DNA from: Naegleria gruberi
Taxonomy: Eukaryota
Assembly (NCBI GenBank): GCA_000004985.1
Contig: GG738851.1
Length of the DNA: 64,000 nucleotides
Reading direction: 5' to 3' (one strand)
The notes under the pieces are model-generated. The model was not told where the DNA came from. It saw only the letters and a list, made by a program, of their open reading frames with translations, and made no database searches. Positions 1 through 11,014 of this stretch are shown here, piece by piece. A program made the position numbers and the translations under genes. How positions within the stretch are numbered: position 1 is the first letter of the stretch; the number at the start of each line of letters is the position of its first letter.

Positions 1-1177
1 CCAATTGGTAGGATTTCTGATTGTAGAGAGCACTGCCAATTCCAATGAATGCATCAATGTTCTTATCATCATAATCGAGAGCTTCCTTGTAGAGATCGAG
101 AGCTTTGGTATAATTCTTTTGCTTGGAGAATTCTACTCCTTTCTGAACACAAGTTGTTGAGTATTTTCTATCTTGAGATTCTCTGAGAGCATTATATTTA
201 GGAAGACGTTCGAGGGTTGGGTCTAGCCATGATTTACTGTCATCTTGGAGAAGTTGAGCCAGATTCTTCTCTGCCTCTGTTTGGGTTTCTGTGATTTCTA
301 TTGGTTTGAAATATCTCTGTAAAATTATGTGAGAATGTAAATTATCCTTGAACCAATCCTCTTTTTCAATTAGGCAATTGAATTGATCTCCCATTAATGA
401 ATTACGTTCCCTTAAGCTTTCATAAACTGGTGGAAAATTAGTATATAATGAGTGAATTGGGAATGAGAAACATTGAGAAAGGATAGTCTCAAATTTACCA
501 CTCAATTTCACACAATTCTTCTCCCTATCACCTTCATTCACCACAAAAAACATGTACTCATTATCTCTAGCATCCACTCGTTCCACAAACTCAACATCAA
601 TACTCTCCAAATTAAATCTAGTAAATTTAGGGCAAGGAACAAGTTTCGAATCCCAAATAGATAACCAAAATACTTCATCCATAAAGAATTTACTTGATTT
701 CCTCTCCTTAACCTGATGTCTTCCGCCAACAATGATAAAACTCTGTTGTAATTTAGCTCTTGAATGTAACAAGTAGAAATTATCCAATATTTGTGAAGTG
801 GGAGTGTGTTGATTTTTAATTGGATGAACGAAAAAGAGACCATTATTATTCGTGTATCGATAGTGTTGTTCTGGAATGACACCAATATAATTATCATTAA
901 TTTCTCCACCTTGTTGAATCCTCTCCGATGATTCCATCAGAAGAGAAGGTTTACATCTATTGACTGATTCCGATGAATAAATAGTGAAAGGTAAATCACT
1001 CCAATTTACGCTACCATCATCACTCAAATTCTTCCTGTATTCTAATTCTTGAGTATTGTTTTCTTCCTTCAATTTAGAAAAAGATGTACCAGAAGAAAAA
1101 TCGTTTACTACTTCATTCGATGATGATGTTATTGTTGTTGTGTTTGGTTGTAACGGTAAGTTCCCTTCCGCGCTCAT
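1..1177 (-). CDS. TPR-repeat protein, partial; the ORF runs off the window start and its stop lies beyond position 1
   Basis: Hand translation of the minus strand gives an uninterrupted frame from the ATG at 1177-1175 down to position 1 (MSAEGNLPLQPN...KALDLYKEALDYDDKNIDAFIGIGSALYNQ). The C-terminal part has a TPR-like A/L/Y periodicity. The ORF track omits it because it is edge-truncated. Confidence 0.55.
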   Translation of the reverse strand, partial: MSAEGNLPLQPNTTTITSSSNEVVNDFSSGTSFSKLKEENNTQELEYRKNLSDDGSVNWSDLPFTIYSSESVNRCKPSLLMESSERIQQGGEINDNYIGVIPEQHYRYTNNNGLFFVHPIKNQHTPTSQILDNFYLLHSRAKLQQSFIIVGGRHQVKERKSSKFFMDEVFWLSIWDSKLVPCPKFTRFNLESIDVEFVERVDARDNEYMFFVVNEGDREKNCVKLSGKFETILSQCFSFPIHSLYTNFPPVYESLRERNSLMGDQFNCLIEKEDWFKDNLHSHIILQRYFKPIEITETQTEAEKNLAQLLQDDSKSWLDPTLERLPKYNALRESQDRKYSTTCVQKGVEFSKQKNYTKALDLYKEALDYDDKNIDAFIGIGSALYNQKSYQL

Positions 1178-1376
1178 TTTTATTATGAAATTAAAATCAT
1201 CAGTTCAAAGTTTTGAATTATTAACCAAGCCTATGTTTAAATTCTTATAAGAACAGCATTGATATCTAGGGTGTGAACAGTGCACCAAGATCGTGTAATG
1301 TTTTTATAAATTAATTCAAACCAACAATAACCTTATTATAACGTTGAAATTTATAACCACTAAAAAAAGAGGCAAA

Positions 1377-2169
1377 ATGAAAACCACCAAAAATACATCC
1401 TCCTTACAGAGTATCATCACCTTACTTGTAGTTTTGGTGTGCCTGAGTTGTATTTTAATAGACAATGTATCGGGATTCATCATTAAATTACATCCAAATA
1501 CAGTACCAATGTGTTTCACTGAATACTTCTCAGAGAATACTCATGTGAGCATTGCCTTAACAGTGCCACAGGGTGATTTTGCAAAGCCTTCCGATCTGTA
1601 TGCAGTAAGAGGAATTGTGAAGGATTCATATGGACTCCAAGTGGCCTCTGTCAATATGTTTAAACCAATCGGAACACAACATATCAAATTCATAACCTCA
1701 ACATTTCCAAGAGATTTCCATTGTAAGTAAATGCATTATTCAAAATCCTCATCACCTCAATTTAATGACTTATAGCTATTTGCTTTTATTGGGATCATCC
1801 TTCACAGGAAACAAATGTTGATATCAAAGTAGAGGATGAATTCCGAGTTGCTCAAGGTCAAGAAAAGAAAGATATCGTAGAAGTGTTATCAGCTGTTTTG
1901 CAGGAAATTGGAAAGAGACTTGACTCAATCACTGATCAACAAGCCTACTTTAAGGAAAGAGAGGAAAGATTCAGATACACCTCTGAAAGTACACTGGAAA
2001 GAACCTTCTTCTTTGGACTTGGTAAATTCATTGCCATTGTTGGTGCTAGTAAGTATTCATATTTGACTTGTAATCAAAGATTGAATTCGAATAATATGTT
2101 TTTCAAACAACAGCTGCCTACCAAATTATTGCTTTGAGATTATTCTTCAAGAAAGCCAAAGTTATATAG
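1377..2169 (+). CDS. p24/emp24 (GOLD domain) cargo receptor; join(1377..1722,1776..2048,2114..2169)
   Basis: Signal peptide MKTTKNTSSLQSIITLLVVLVCLSC, then GOLD-like FIIKLHPNTVPMCFTEYF. The luminal coiled region reads AYFKEREERFRYTSESTLER. One TM segment is followed by the p24 tail AAYQIIALRLFFKKAKVI. Two phase-1 introns of 53 and 65 nt have GTAAGT donors and AG acceptors, and splicing restores the frame. Confidence 0.8.
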
Positions 2170-2296
2170 GTTATCTCAATCGTCATCATCTCTAAATAAA
2201 TTTATACCTCTTTTTCATAATCACTTTCATACAATAAATTCAAATGCAATTTATTATCATACAACCTCAATAACCAATCGAGAATCTACAAAAAAA

Positions 2297-3814
2297 ATGA
2301 CGCGAATACTCTTATCCTATCAACCCAAAAATCCATTCTTTACTCTCATCATGATGGTTAATAAGTAAGTGGACACTTATAGGTCAAAATACAAAAGACC
2401 AAAATTTATTAAAACTACTTACTCTGAATCTATTTCATGATATAGGAATAACTATACGGATGAGCCCTGTACGGAACCTTATTTTCTAGCTGTAGATCCT
2501 CAGAAAATCACTCCTAATCATTTGGATTTTAGTAATGGATTGTTTGTGAGTGAGATTAAGGAACAATTATATTTACATAGTGAGGAACCTTGTTGGTTTG
2601 GATTGACAGCAAAGGGGAAAATTGCAATCATGATCGATGTTCATAAGAGTGCTGATTTTAATAGGACATTTCTTGATAAATGTAAGAGAATTAGTTTGGC
2701 ATCGTTTGAAACAGTTGAGGAGACTCTTGGAGTTGATGATTCCGTTGATTTGAGGTCGGAATCTGCTGCCTCTCCTGGAGCTCTCTCAACAACAGATTCT
2801 GTAACAACTGATAGACCTAAAAAATATGAGAGGAGAAAGGAATTAAAAGTGGACCATTTAACCAAAATGAAAAATGATGTCAAGCTGCTAATTGTGAAGG
2901 ATTACTTACATTCAAATTTGAATCCTATTGAGTATCTTCAAAAAGTTGCAATCAAGATTCGTCACTTGGATGGATTCAATTTATTAATTGGAGATTTTTC
3001 GAAGGGAATGTATTTCTATTCAAATAAGGATAAGGAAAAATGTATTTACGAATTGGTGCAAGGAGAGTATGCTCTGGGGCCTGTTCCAGGTCTTGACACC
3101 TGTACAGAAGTGTTTGAATGTGTAGATAGAGCAAAGAGAGAGTTTTTAAAAATTGTAAATTCTATTGGAGGCCATGAACTGGAGGAAGTTCCAACAGATC
3201 CAGATTTATTGAACTTTTGGATTGATGAGAAAAAGGCCACTGTCAAGGAAAAACGAAAACAACTCTCCGAGACATCAACCATAAGGTCACTCTTTCAAAT
3301 TTGTGAGAGAGAGGATAAGCTCATCATTGATGACAATGACATGGATCAGTATCTTGCATTAACCCCAACTTTGAAAGATCTATTGAGCTCAATGTTTATT
3401 AATCACCCTGTTTTTGGAACTGAACTTAACATGCTAATGATTTTGCATGATAACAATCAATTCCCAACAGATGATGAAATCATCAAGTCGTTTGGTAAGA
3501 AAGTTGCAACCTTCACCAAAAAGAAGAAAGGCAGTTTGCTAAGAACTAGCTCTGGTAACATTGTACCAACAAGACCAATTTCTATTGAAACTCCTGAAAA
3601 GCCTCCTCCACCAATGTTTAGTATTGATAGAAAGAAGTACTTGTGCAATTTATACATTAGAAAATACGATCAAGAATTGTTGACCCAAGTCAGGGAAGGT
3701 CATTTCGATAAAGATGACTTTTGGGAAACAATCATTCCAAAGAGAGGGCAGATTGAAGATACATTCTACAAATCAATTATGCAATATTTTTATGTGGATA
3801 CAAATGTCGACTAA
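2297..3814 (+). CDS. hypothetical protein; join(2297..2364,2446..3814)
   Basis: A short first exon reads MTRILLSYQPKNPFFTLIMMVNK. An 81-nt phase-2 intron (GTAAGT...TATAG) precedes the main 430-aa ORF. No domain is recognised. Confidence 0.5.
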
Positions 3815-4154
3815 GATATTAATTCATTTTGTAAGATCATCATAGATCCACTTGATCATTCTTCTCTGATTTCATGCATTCCAAATTGATGGGCGTATGT
3901 CAATTCTACAATACTCAAACTTCCCAACTGGGTCAAGGTAAGCAATACCAGAGTCAAATGACTGATTTTTCCATTTCAACCATGGTATTATAGCTTGTAT
4001 TTCCCAACTAGTAATTCAATAAATATAGAATAGTATTTATTGAAGAGATTAATTGTTTCGAAAAGTAACTCCTTTAATCCATAATTCAACCTTATTGGAA
4101 ACCTTACTTGATAAATACTAAAATGAGCAAATATTAAAGTACATTTCAAAAAAA

Positions 4155-6048
4155 ATGAATAAGCCACAAAAGAGAAACAAATTGCAAGAAATTTTAAAAG
4201 CGTGCGAAATACTTCAAGACGACTCGGATAAGATCCAATTGGTGGTCGAATACATCACCAAACAATTAAATATCAATGTGAAGAAAACACAATATCCGTG
4301 GATTGAAAAAGAGGAAACCCTAAAGTTCTTATTTGCTCTAAACATTACACCAAAAGAAACTCATCCACTTCCCATATGTGAATCCACCTTAGATATTCTT
4401 GTGGATTGCTACTACCAATTTATAGATACCGATAGCATCAAAGATTTATCAGAGTCATTCGAAAAGGCAGCAAAGCTCCTTTCCGAGAGTACGAAACAAA
4501 GAGTTCGGGCTCACCACATATTTTCATTAGTATCAAGTTTGCAAAGATTAGATTCAATGCAAAGAAAAGATCTGGGTGAAATAGTCGTTTCCAGTGCCAT
4601 TTCTTCTTTATTGGATGTCATTTGTTGCATTAAGGGCCATGTCCAAAATGGGTAAGTTGGAGTTGATTTTTGATTGTTATTGGAATTTAGTTTTAGTGAT
4701 CAACGAATAGATATACACTTGGATGATAGTGACTTGCCAATCTTTCATGTTCAAAGTGATGGCACTATTTCAACTGATTTTTCAACAATTCCTTATTTGT
4801 TGAGAGAAGATAAAAGTTTTGATAAACCTGAGCACTGGGAAAATGATTTTACCGATGCTTTCAAATTGATATTATCCATGAAAAGCACTTTAAGGTTTGT
4901 TGTTTTTCCTTAGATAGTAAGTTACATTGTTATTCGAAAGAGAACAATTATTTAAAGAAAAAGCAAAGAAGGAGGACAGATTGAAATACAACAAAGTATT
5001 AGGATTGAATTTCCTCAAAAGCAGGGCACATTTATTCTTGTTGGAAGTTGATTTGATTGAGGAAAATCAAGAAATCCTTCCACAATACTTCATTTCTCAT
5101 CGCCCATATTCCGTGGATATAGCCAATCTCATTGCAATGTGGCTCGCAATACTCAGATTTGCCAATGAGTATGCACCAAACAGGCCATTATATGCCAATG
5201 AAAATTATGGACCTATCCAGAGAACACCTTATACTAACTTGTCTCAAATTGAAGAGATAGTTTCCAATAGTTCTAGCTCAAGAGAAACTAAATTGCATAG
5301 TTCAACAATGAAGGTTTGTAAAAAGGTTATCAATTGTCACGAGAGCAAGGAAGAGCAACGATTTACATACAAAGTATTGAGTTCAACATTTTTAAAGAAA
5401 GTTACCAAAGATGAAATGAGCATTATTGTCAAATTGGTTGAGTTGGACAATTTCTCTCCGTATCTTCCAAGAATTCTCAATGTCTATTCGAATATAGTTG
5501 AATTTGAAGAATTAGAATGTTTGCCAAATCTCACCGAAGAGACCCTCATTGATTTAGTGATCGATATTTCTAAAGCTTTACACTTTTTGCATGAAAATCA
5601 AATAATACACAGAGATGTTAAACCTGCTAATATTATGACACGAAATTTTAATCACCACTGCAGAGAACAATATGTTTTAATCGATTTTGGTTTGAGTTTT
5701 TCCTATTCCAAGAAGGATGATCATTACATTGACAACAAAACTGGTAAGATTGTAACTGCCAATCTTGGAACTAGTTATTATAAGGCTCCAGAAGTGAATG
5801 AAGAAAGAAACTATCATGAAAAGATTGATATTTATTCGTTAGGTACTTCAATTATTCATTTATTAATGAATTCACAAAAAGTGCAAGTGACAGCAAACTG
5901 GAAACAAGAAGCTAAAGATTTGATATGGCAATTTTTAGAGTTTCAACAGTTGGTTTTACGAATGGTAGATGTTGATCCTAACAATAGACCAAGTGCTTTG
6001 AAAGTTACCGAATGTATGACAGATATTAGACATAATCTTTCAAATTGA
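4155..6048 (+). CDS. protein kinase domain protein; join(4155..4651,4691..4894,4941..6048)
   Basis: Catalytic-loop and activation-segment motifs are present: HRDVKPANIM, IDFGLSF, GTSYYKAPEV, DIYSLG. The glycine loop is degenerate. Two phase-2 introns of 39 and 46 nt (GTAAGT...TTTAG and GTTTGT...GAAAG) join three ORF-track pieces in frame. Confidence 0.7.
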
Positions 6049-6131
6049 TACAACTCTGTTTCAAGAATTGAAAATGGAACATCACTTCCATCAAGAATGC
6101 ATATATTTGACAAATGTGTCTACCAAGATAT

Positions 6132-7907
6132 TTATTCATTTTGTAAGATAATTCTGGAATTTTCATAGATCCACTTGATCCATTCTTCTCTAACTTCATA
6201 ACTTTCAGTTCTACAACTCAGAACTCTGCCCATAGTTTTGATATGGAAAACAAAACCTTTCTTGTTTTCTTCCTCTTCACGATCAATTTCACATTCTTCA
6301 ATACGAAGGAATCCTTTCAAGGCTCCTCCCTTCTCTTTAGTGAAATAAAAGATGTAATTGTTGAGAAGAATAAAGTATCTCTTCTTCCAATTCTTCTTCA
6401 ATCTACCTCTCTTTTCGACCATACCAACAAATGTTGGTTTGAATTCGGTTGTTAATCTTTCAGCTGTTAATTGACCAAATCTAAATTCAGCAAGTTTAGT
6501 TTCGGCATCTGCAGAGCTCAAAGTCATACCATAGTTAAGATCCTTTCTTGTTTGAATAAGAGTTTCCTTGAGAACTTTGACACGCTTAACCAATTCTTCA
6601 ATCTTTTGACTTGTCTTCTTTCTAATTTCTTCAGCTGTGATATTTTCACTGTTGAGGAAATCTTCAGCACCTAAAACCTTCAAATCATCCTTTCTAGAAT
6701 CATTAACACGTCTGAGTTCTTCTTCCAATTCCTTGATACGATCAGCTTGTTCTTGATTCTTCTTGTCTTTCTCGGAAATGATTTCGTTTTTATCAGCAAT
6801 GATCTTTTCCTTTTCTTGAATGGTGACTTTTTGGTCAGCAATGATCTTTTCCAATTCCTCAATTCTCCTCTTGTATTGCTCAGAGAGATTGTATTGAACG
6901 TAAGCTTGTTTCTTGAGCTTTCTGGCTTCAACCTTGTATTTGTGAACTTTTTGTTCGACAATCTTTTCTTCAATTTCCTTAATATTGACATCTGATAGTT
7001 TTTTAACCAATTCCAAAAAGACCTTCATTTCTGGCTTGTTAATTTCTGGCATATCATCCTTCATCATGATCAAAAAGTTGTCAAGAATTTCTCTTCTCAA
7101 TTGAGTCATCTTTTCTGCATCTTCAGTCAAATCACTTTGCAAACCATTCAAATTGGTAGCATTGAACAAACTACTGACCATGGTCATGATCAATGTATTG
7201 ACACCAGTGTGAATATCTTCAGCTTCAATATGAACCATATTTGGATTCAAACCAAGCTCATTAACGGTAGCAATAATTCTCTTTGATCTTTCTTCCTTAT
7301 CTTCAATGGCCAAAATTTCTTCAATTTGTTCATCGGTGAATTGTTTTTGTGAATCATTTTCCTTTGCTTCATCTTCGTCGTCGTCTTCACCATTAGATGA
7401 AACTCTCTTTCCATTGAATCTATTATTAATATCAACAATGTTCTTAATGAGATAACAGAATGCTTCACCATCTTTCCAATCCTCTGAAAAGTTTACAACA
7501 ACCTTCTTTGATTTGGTTTGTTTCAAATTGTAATTCACAAAACGTGTTAATAATTGTTGAGCTGGTAATTTCATAAAGTCAACTACACTTTCGTGCTCTT
7601 CCTTGAGAGCAATTAATCTGAGAGAATGCATAACATTCAAACGTTTGGTGACATCTTGTCTAATAAGTTGCCATAATAAAGCCAATAATGGTTGTGGTGA
7701 TTTTTCTGCCAATTCACTTGGACCAATTCCAACAATTTGACAACCAACAGATCCAGATAGATCAATAACTATTGCTTGATTTTCAATCTTTTGGAATTTT
7801 GAAATTTCGTCCAAAGGTGCAATAATACTTCTCTTATTAACCTTATTCCAGTCAATCAAACCACTTTGAATCTTTTCAATCAAGTGCCTAATCATCATTT
7901 CATTCAA
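6132..7907 (-). CDS. calponin-homology / coiled-coil / PH domain protein
   Basis: N-terminal CH-like region (QPLLALLWQLIRQD...EAFCYLIKNI). The central part is rich in E/K heptads. The C-terminal PH domain reads RGRLKKNWKKRYFILLNNYIFYFTKEKGG...VREEWIKWI. Confidence 0.7.
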   Translation of the reverse strand: MNEMMIRHLIEKIQSGLIDWNKVNKRSIIAPLDEISKFQKIENQAIVIDLSGSVGCQIVGIGPSELAEKSPQPLLALLWQLIRQDVTKRLNVMHSLRLIALKEEHESVVDFMKLPAQQLLTRFVNYNLKQTKSKKVVVNFSEDWKDGEAFCYLIKNIVDINNRFNGKRVSSNGEDDDEDEAKENDSQKQFTDEQIEEILAIEDKEERSKRIIATVNELGLNPNMVHIEAEDIHTGVNTLIMTMVSSLFNATNLNGLQSDLTEDAEKMTQLRREILDNFLIMMKDDMPEINKPEMKVFLELVKKLSDVNIKEIEEKIVEQKVHKYKVEARKLKKQAYVQYNLSEQYKRRIEELEKIIADQKVTIQEKEKIIADKNEIISEKDKKNQEQADRIKELEEELRRVNDSRKDDLKVLGAEDFLNSENITAEEIRKKTSQKIEELVKRVKVLKETLIQTRKDLNYGMTLSSADAETKLAEFRFGQLTAERLTTEFKPTFVGMVEKRGRLKKNWKKRYFILLNNYIFYFTKEKGGALKGFLRIEECEIDREEEENKKGFVFHIKTMGRVLSCRTESYEVREEWIKWIYENSRIILQNE

Positions 7908-7963
7908 TTCATTTCAATTCATTGAAATCCAAGTCAATTAACTTGTCTATTCATCAAAAAAAC

Positions 7964-8413
7964 TTACAAAAACACCAAACCATCTTGCAAACGATCAAAA
8001 ATCTCAACATTTTGTTCCAATTCTTCCGCACCAACCACTTCCAATGGTTTCCAATATTCAATCACAGCCAAATCTCCCAAATTTGCCAAAACATTTCGTT
8101 GTCTTCTACCACCACCACCAGCACCACCACTTCTAGGAGATAAAATTTCACCATTCTCACCATTTCTTTCCTCTGCTTGTTGTTGTAAAGTGCTCGTTAT
8201 GAAATTCCAAGAACCATTTTCAATCATCTTGTTCTTTTCTTCGGTGAATTTTTGAATTGCTTGTGACATGACAGTATTCACGTATCGAATAAAACAACGT
8301 TTCTCTGAACGGGTGATGGTCATGGTGCTACCATGAGCAGTGTGGGATTTAATGACGGATTGTCTTGGACGATGGCCTCCGTTGATTAAATGATTAGGTG
8401 ATCCATTAATCAT
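7964..8413 (-). CDS. hypothetical protein
   Basis: A 149-aa ORF with a real ATG start. No motif is recognised, and the C-terminal part may be non-coding. Confidence 0.3.
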   Translation of the reverse strand: MINGSPNHLINGGHRPRQSVIKSHTAHGSTMTITRSEKRCFIRYVNTVMSQAIQKFTEEKNKMIENGSWNFITSTLQQQAEERNGENGEILSPRSGGAGGGGRRQRNVLANLGDLAVIEYWKPLEVVGAEELEQNVEIFDRLQDGLVFL

Positions 8414-9477
8414 CTATTATTGAGTTTAGTATAGTTTGATGGTTTCGTATAAAATTATATAATAGGTGGAGATGAGGAAATTCATATGAATACATATCGA
8501 GGATCGTGGTCACAACATTGGTTGCAAGACAAGGATTTTCAGGTTCCACAAAATAATTGATGACGAGAATACTATTCGAAAGTGGGTGAAATAGACGAAC
8601 GTACCTTGTTAGGCGATTAAATCTTGTCAATTTTTTTGAAATGTTTGACCGTTCGTAATCGACGTCTTTCACATCTTGACAGGCAACCGATTTGACTCGG
8701 CTTTAGCCATCACAAGCTATTCGAAAGCAGAAACGAAACTCTAATTCAGCAAATTCAACAATTTTTTAATTTCAGTCCATACGGAGTTGTTTTCTTACAT
8801 TTGATATTTATTAGAAATCTTCATATTAATTTCATAGCAATATTCAATTCAAAGGTATTCGAAAGCTTTTTACACAACATTGAATATTGGAAAATCAAGT
8901 TTCGATTACAAGCGAGTCATTAAATAGTGTACTATTCATCTTTGGTAATAAGCATGATAGGAGTAACTGCGAGCATTCACTGTAGTTTACACACTTTACA
9001 AAAATACTATTATGGATTTGTGAGGAGGCTGAATGCAACATGCAACAAGCTACTAGAAGTGAGGAAGAACTTGATAAATTATTGAAACCTTCTTAAAGTT
9101 ATGTTACTTACTTCAGTGAACAAATTTAATTGAAAAGCTATCCTATAGAAAGCACACATTCTGTGACTTCATTCAACATTGTGGACGATCGTTGAAATGT
9201 TACGGCCTTAACCATGTCCAATGCAACAACAGTCTTGTTTTTTAACAATATGTGTGTGTAATGAATTCGATGATGTTTATTGGTGTGGTGTAAATTTCTC
9301 TTTCACACTGTGTGAATTGTAATTTAAGCGGTTTGATCCACGTTCAGTTTTGGTAATTGTGGACAATAAAAGACAAATATCTAGATATCTTGCCTTAATT
9401 AGAACTACCAAGCAAGAATTTTTGTTTTTGTTAAAAAATTATTTTTTGACATTTAGCTTTGTGGCAAGATGCAAAAA

Positions 9478-9960
9478 TTAAGGGTTACTTGCAAAATAAT
9501 ATCCAAAAACCAATTTGAAAGTAGAATAATCTCCCTTTTTAAGGCCCATCATACAATTCTTATACATTTTTCCTCTTTCTTCTGGTGAATTTTGCAAGAA
9601 TGAAATTAAAACTTGAAAAGTATCAGCATTAAAATCTTTCAAAACTTTTTCTCCTTCCTCTGATATCAACAATTTCTCCTCATTTTCTTCAAATAACATC
9701 TCAATAGGAGAAGTTTGATATTGTTGAATGAAATTGTCGAGATCCCTGCAGAAATAAGAAGAATAATTGATAAAATGTTGAGCAAGATACAGTTGGTTCT
9801 GATTATTTGGATCGATTGCTAAACCTAAGAAATGATGAAACTCAAGAAGTGTTGAGCAGTGAAGGAAAACATTTTGTGATTTTTGTGTCATTTGTTTTTT
9901 TTTCTTTAGAATTGAGTGGATTGTAGGCTGATTAGTTAAATAATAGAGGTCATTCCACAA
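9478..9960 (-). CDS. hypothetical protein
   Basis: A 160-aa ORF; an internal ATG (MTQKSQNV...) is the likely start. No motif is recognised. Confidence 0.35.
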   Translation of the reverse strand: MWNDLYYLTNQPTIHSILKKKKQMTQKSQNVFLHCSTLLEFHHFLGLAIDPNNQNQLYLAQHFINYSSYFCRDLDNFIQQYQTSPIEMLFEENEEKLLISEEGEKVLKDFNADTFQVLISFLQNSPEERGKMYKNCMMGLKKGDYSTFKLVFGYYFASNP

Positions 9961-10250
9961 TATATTTATTAATAGAAGAGGGCTTGGAAAAAAAATTTGG
10001 TGTTTATTGAAGGGTCCATTTCAATTAACGGGACAAAAAAAATTGTTTTTATTTTTGGAAAGCTTAAAAGTTCAATAAAAAAATGATGATCAATCGGAGG
10101 CTAACATCTTCATAAATACAATGAATTAATGAATGAAAATTGGACCATACAGAGAAATATACGTCTGCTATCTACTATAAAAACTGGAACATTTTTAAAA
10201 AGAAAATAGTGTCTAAAAATTATGATTTGATGCGTCGACCGGGAATTGAA

Positions 10251-10628
10251 ATTTCCTTTTTTGGAACTCATTTAACTTTTAATTTTATGATGAAATTATG
10301 AATGTTTTATTTTATTATTATTCATGATGTGAAACATCATGTTGAATTCTGTTCATTATTTTTAATTCATGATGTGAAACATCATGTTGAATTATTAACA
10401 AATGTTGTTCTTCAATTTTTCATTGAATGTTGGAAATATTGGAAAGTTGGAAATAAAAGTTGGAAGTTAGGTAACGGGTTATGGAATTACCTAATGTGAA
10501 ATACATTGTAACAGAATTAACAAGAATAAAAGCAAAATCCTACATAGAGTTGGAGAACGGGAAATGAAATTCCCAAATTGAAATTGAGAAACAACTATTC
10601 ATTTCACAATAATTCATACTATCAAAAT
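10251..10628. mobile_element. 378-bp insertion within the tRNA-Gly gene, flanked by an 8-bp target-site duplication (GAATTGAA at 10243-10250 and 10629-10636); non-autonomous element, family unknown
   Basis: The tRNA is reconstituted exactly by removing 10251-10628 together with one copy of the 8-bp repeat. The insert is AT-rich with no ORF and no clear TIR. It contains a tandem duplication with a hairpin. Confidence 0.6.
10320..10393. repeat. two copies of a 29-bp unit (ATTCATGATGTGAAACATCATGTTGAATT) spaced 45 bp apart; each contains the palindrome CATGATG-TGAAACA-TCATG
   Basis: Exact direct repeat seen in the sequence. The downstream GTTGGAA-rich triplet lies at 10429-10470. Confidence 0.7.
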
Positions 10629-11014
10629 GAATTGAACCCGGGTCACGGCGATGGCAACGCCGTATTCTACCACTAAACCATCGACGCTTCTTATTAGTCT
10701 ATCAAATATTATAATAATAGATAGTGTGATTTAATAAACTGTCATCAATGAAGTGTGAACAAATGAATGGAGCGCCACATTACCAAAAAAAAATATCAAC
10801 CCTAAACGGTTTATCGTTTCAACATGTAGCCAAATTTTTCAAGAACAAAAAGCAATAATTTATCACCAACAAGAATACTTGAGAATGATAAATCAAGTTA
10901 ATAGTAATAATGAAAATAACTCTTCTGATGATCACAAAAAGCCAAGAAAAACCAAGTTTCAAGAAATTCTAGAAGCACCGAAAGGATGTACAGAATACAA
11001 TCCTCATCAATCTT

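Larger units (their letters stand above)
10231..10687 (-). tRNA. tRNA-Gly(GCC) gene interrupted in the T-loop by a 378-bp insertion; 5' part at 10629..10687, 3' part at 10231..10250
   Basis: The minus strand reads GCGTCGATGGTTTAGTGGTAGAATACGGCGTTGCCATCGCCGTGACCCGGGTTCAATTC and stops there. The remainder, TTCAATTCCCGGTCGACGCA, lies 378 bp away in the same orientation. The 8 bp GAATTGAA (plus strand) is duplicated at both junctions. Confidence 0.8.

Noticed and set aside
4653-4696. Alternative intron boundaries for the kinase gene (donor at 4653, acceptor at 4696)
   Set aside because: These are frame-incompatible. Only donor 4652 (phase 2) with acceptor 4690 keeps both exons in frame.
10320-10470. 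Direct repeats with palindromes, considered as a possible CRISPR-like array
   Set aside because: There are only two copies of a 29-bp unit plus a GTTGGAA triplet, inside an AT-rich insertion in a eukaryotic tRNA gene. The context is eukaryotic (introns, Pol III genes), there are no spacers of uniform length, and no cas genes are present.
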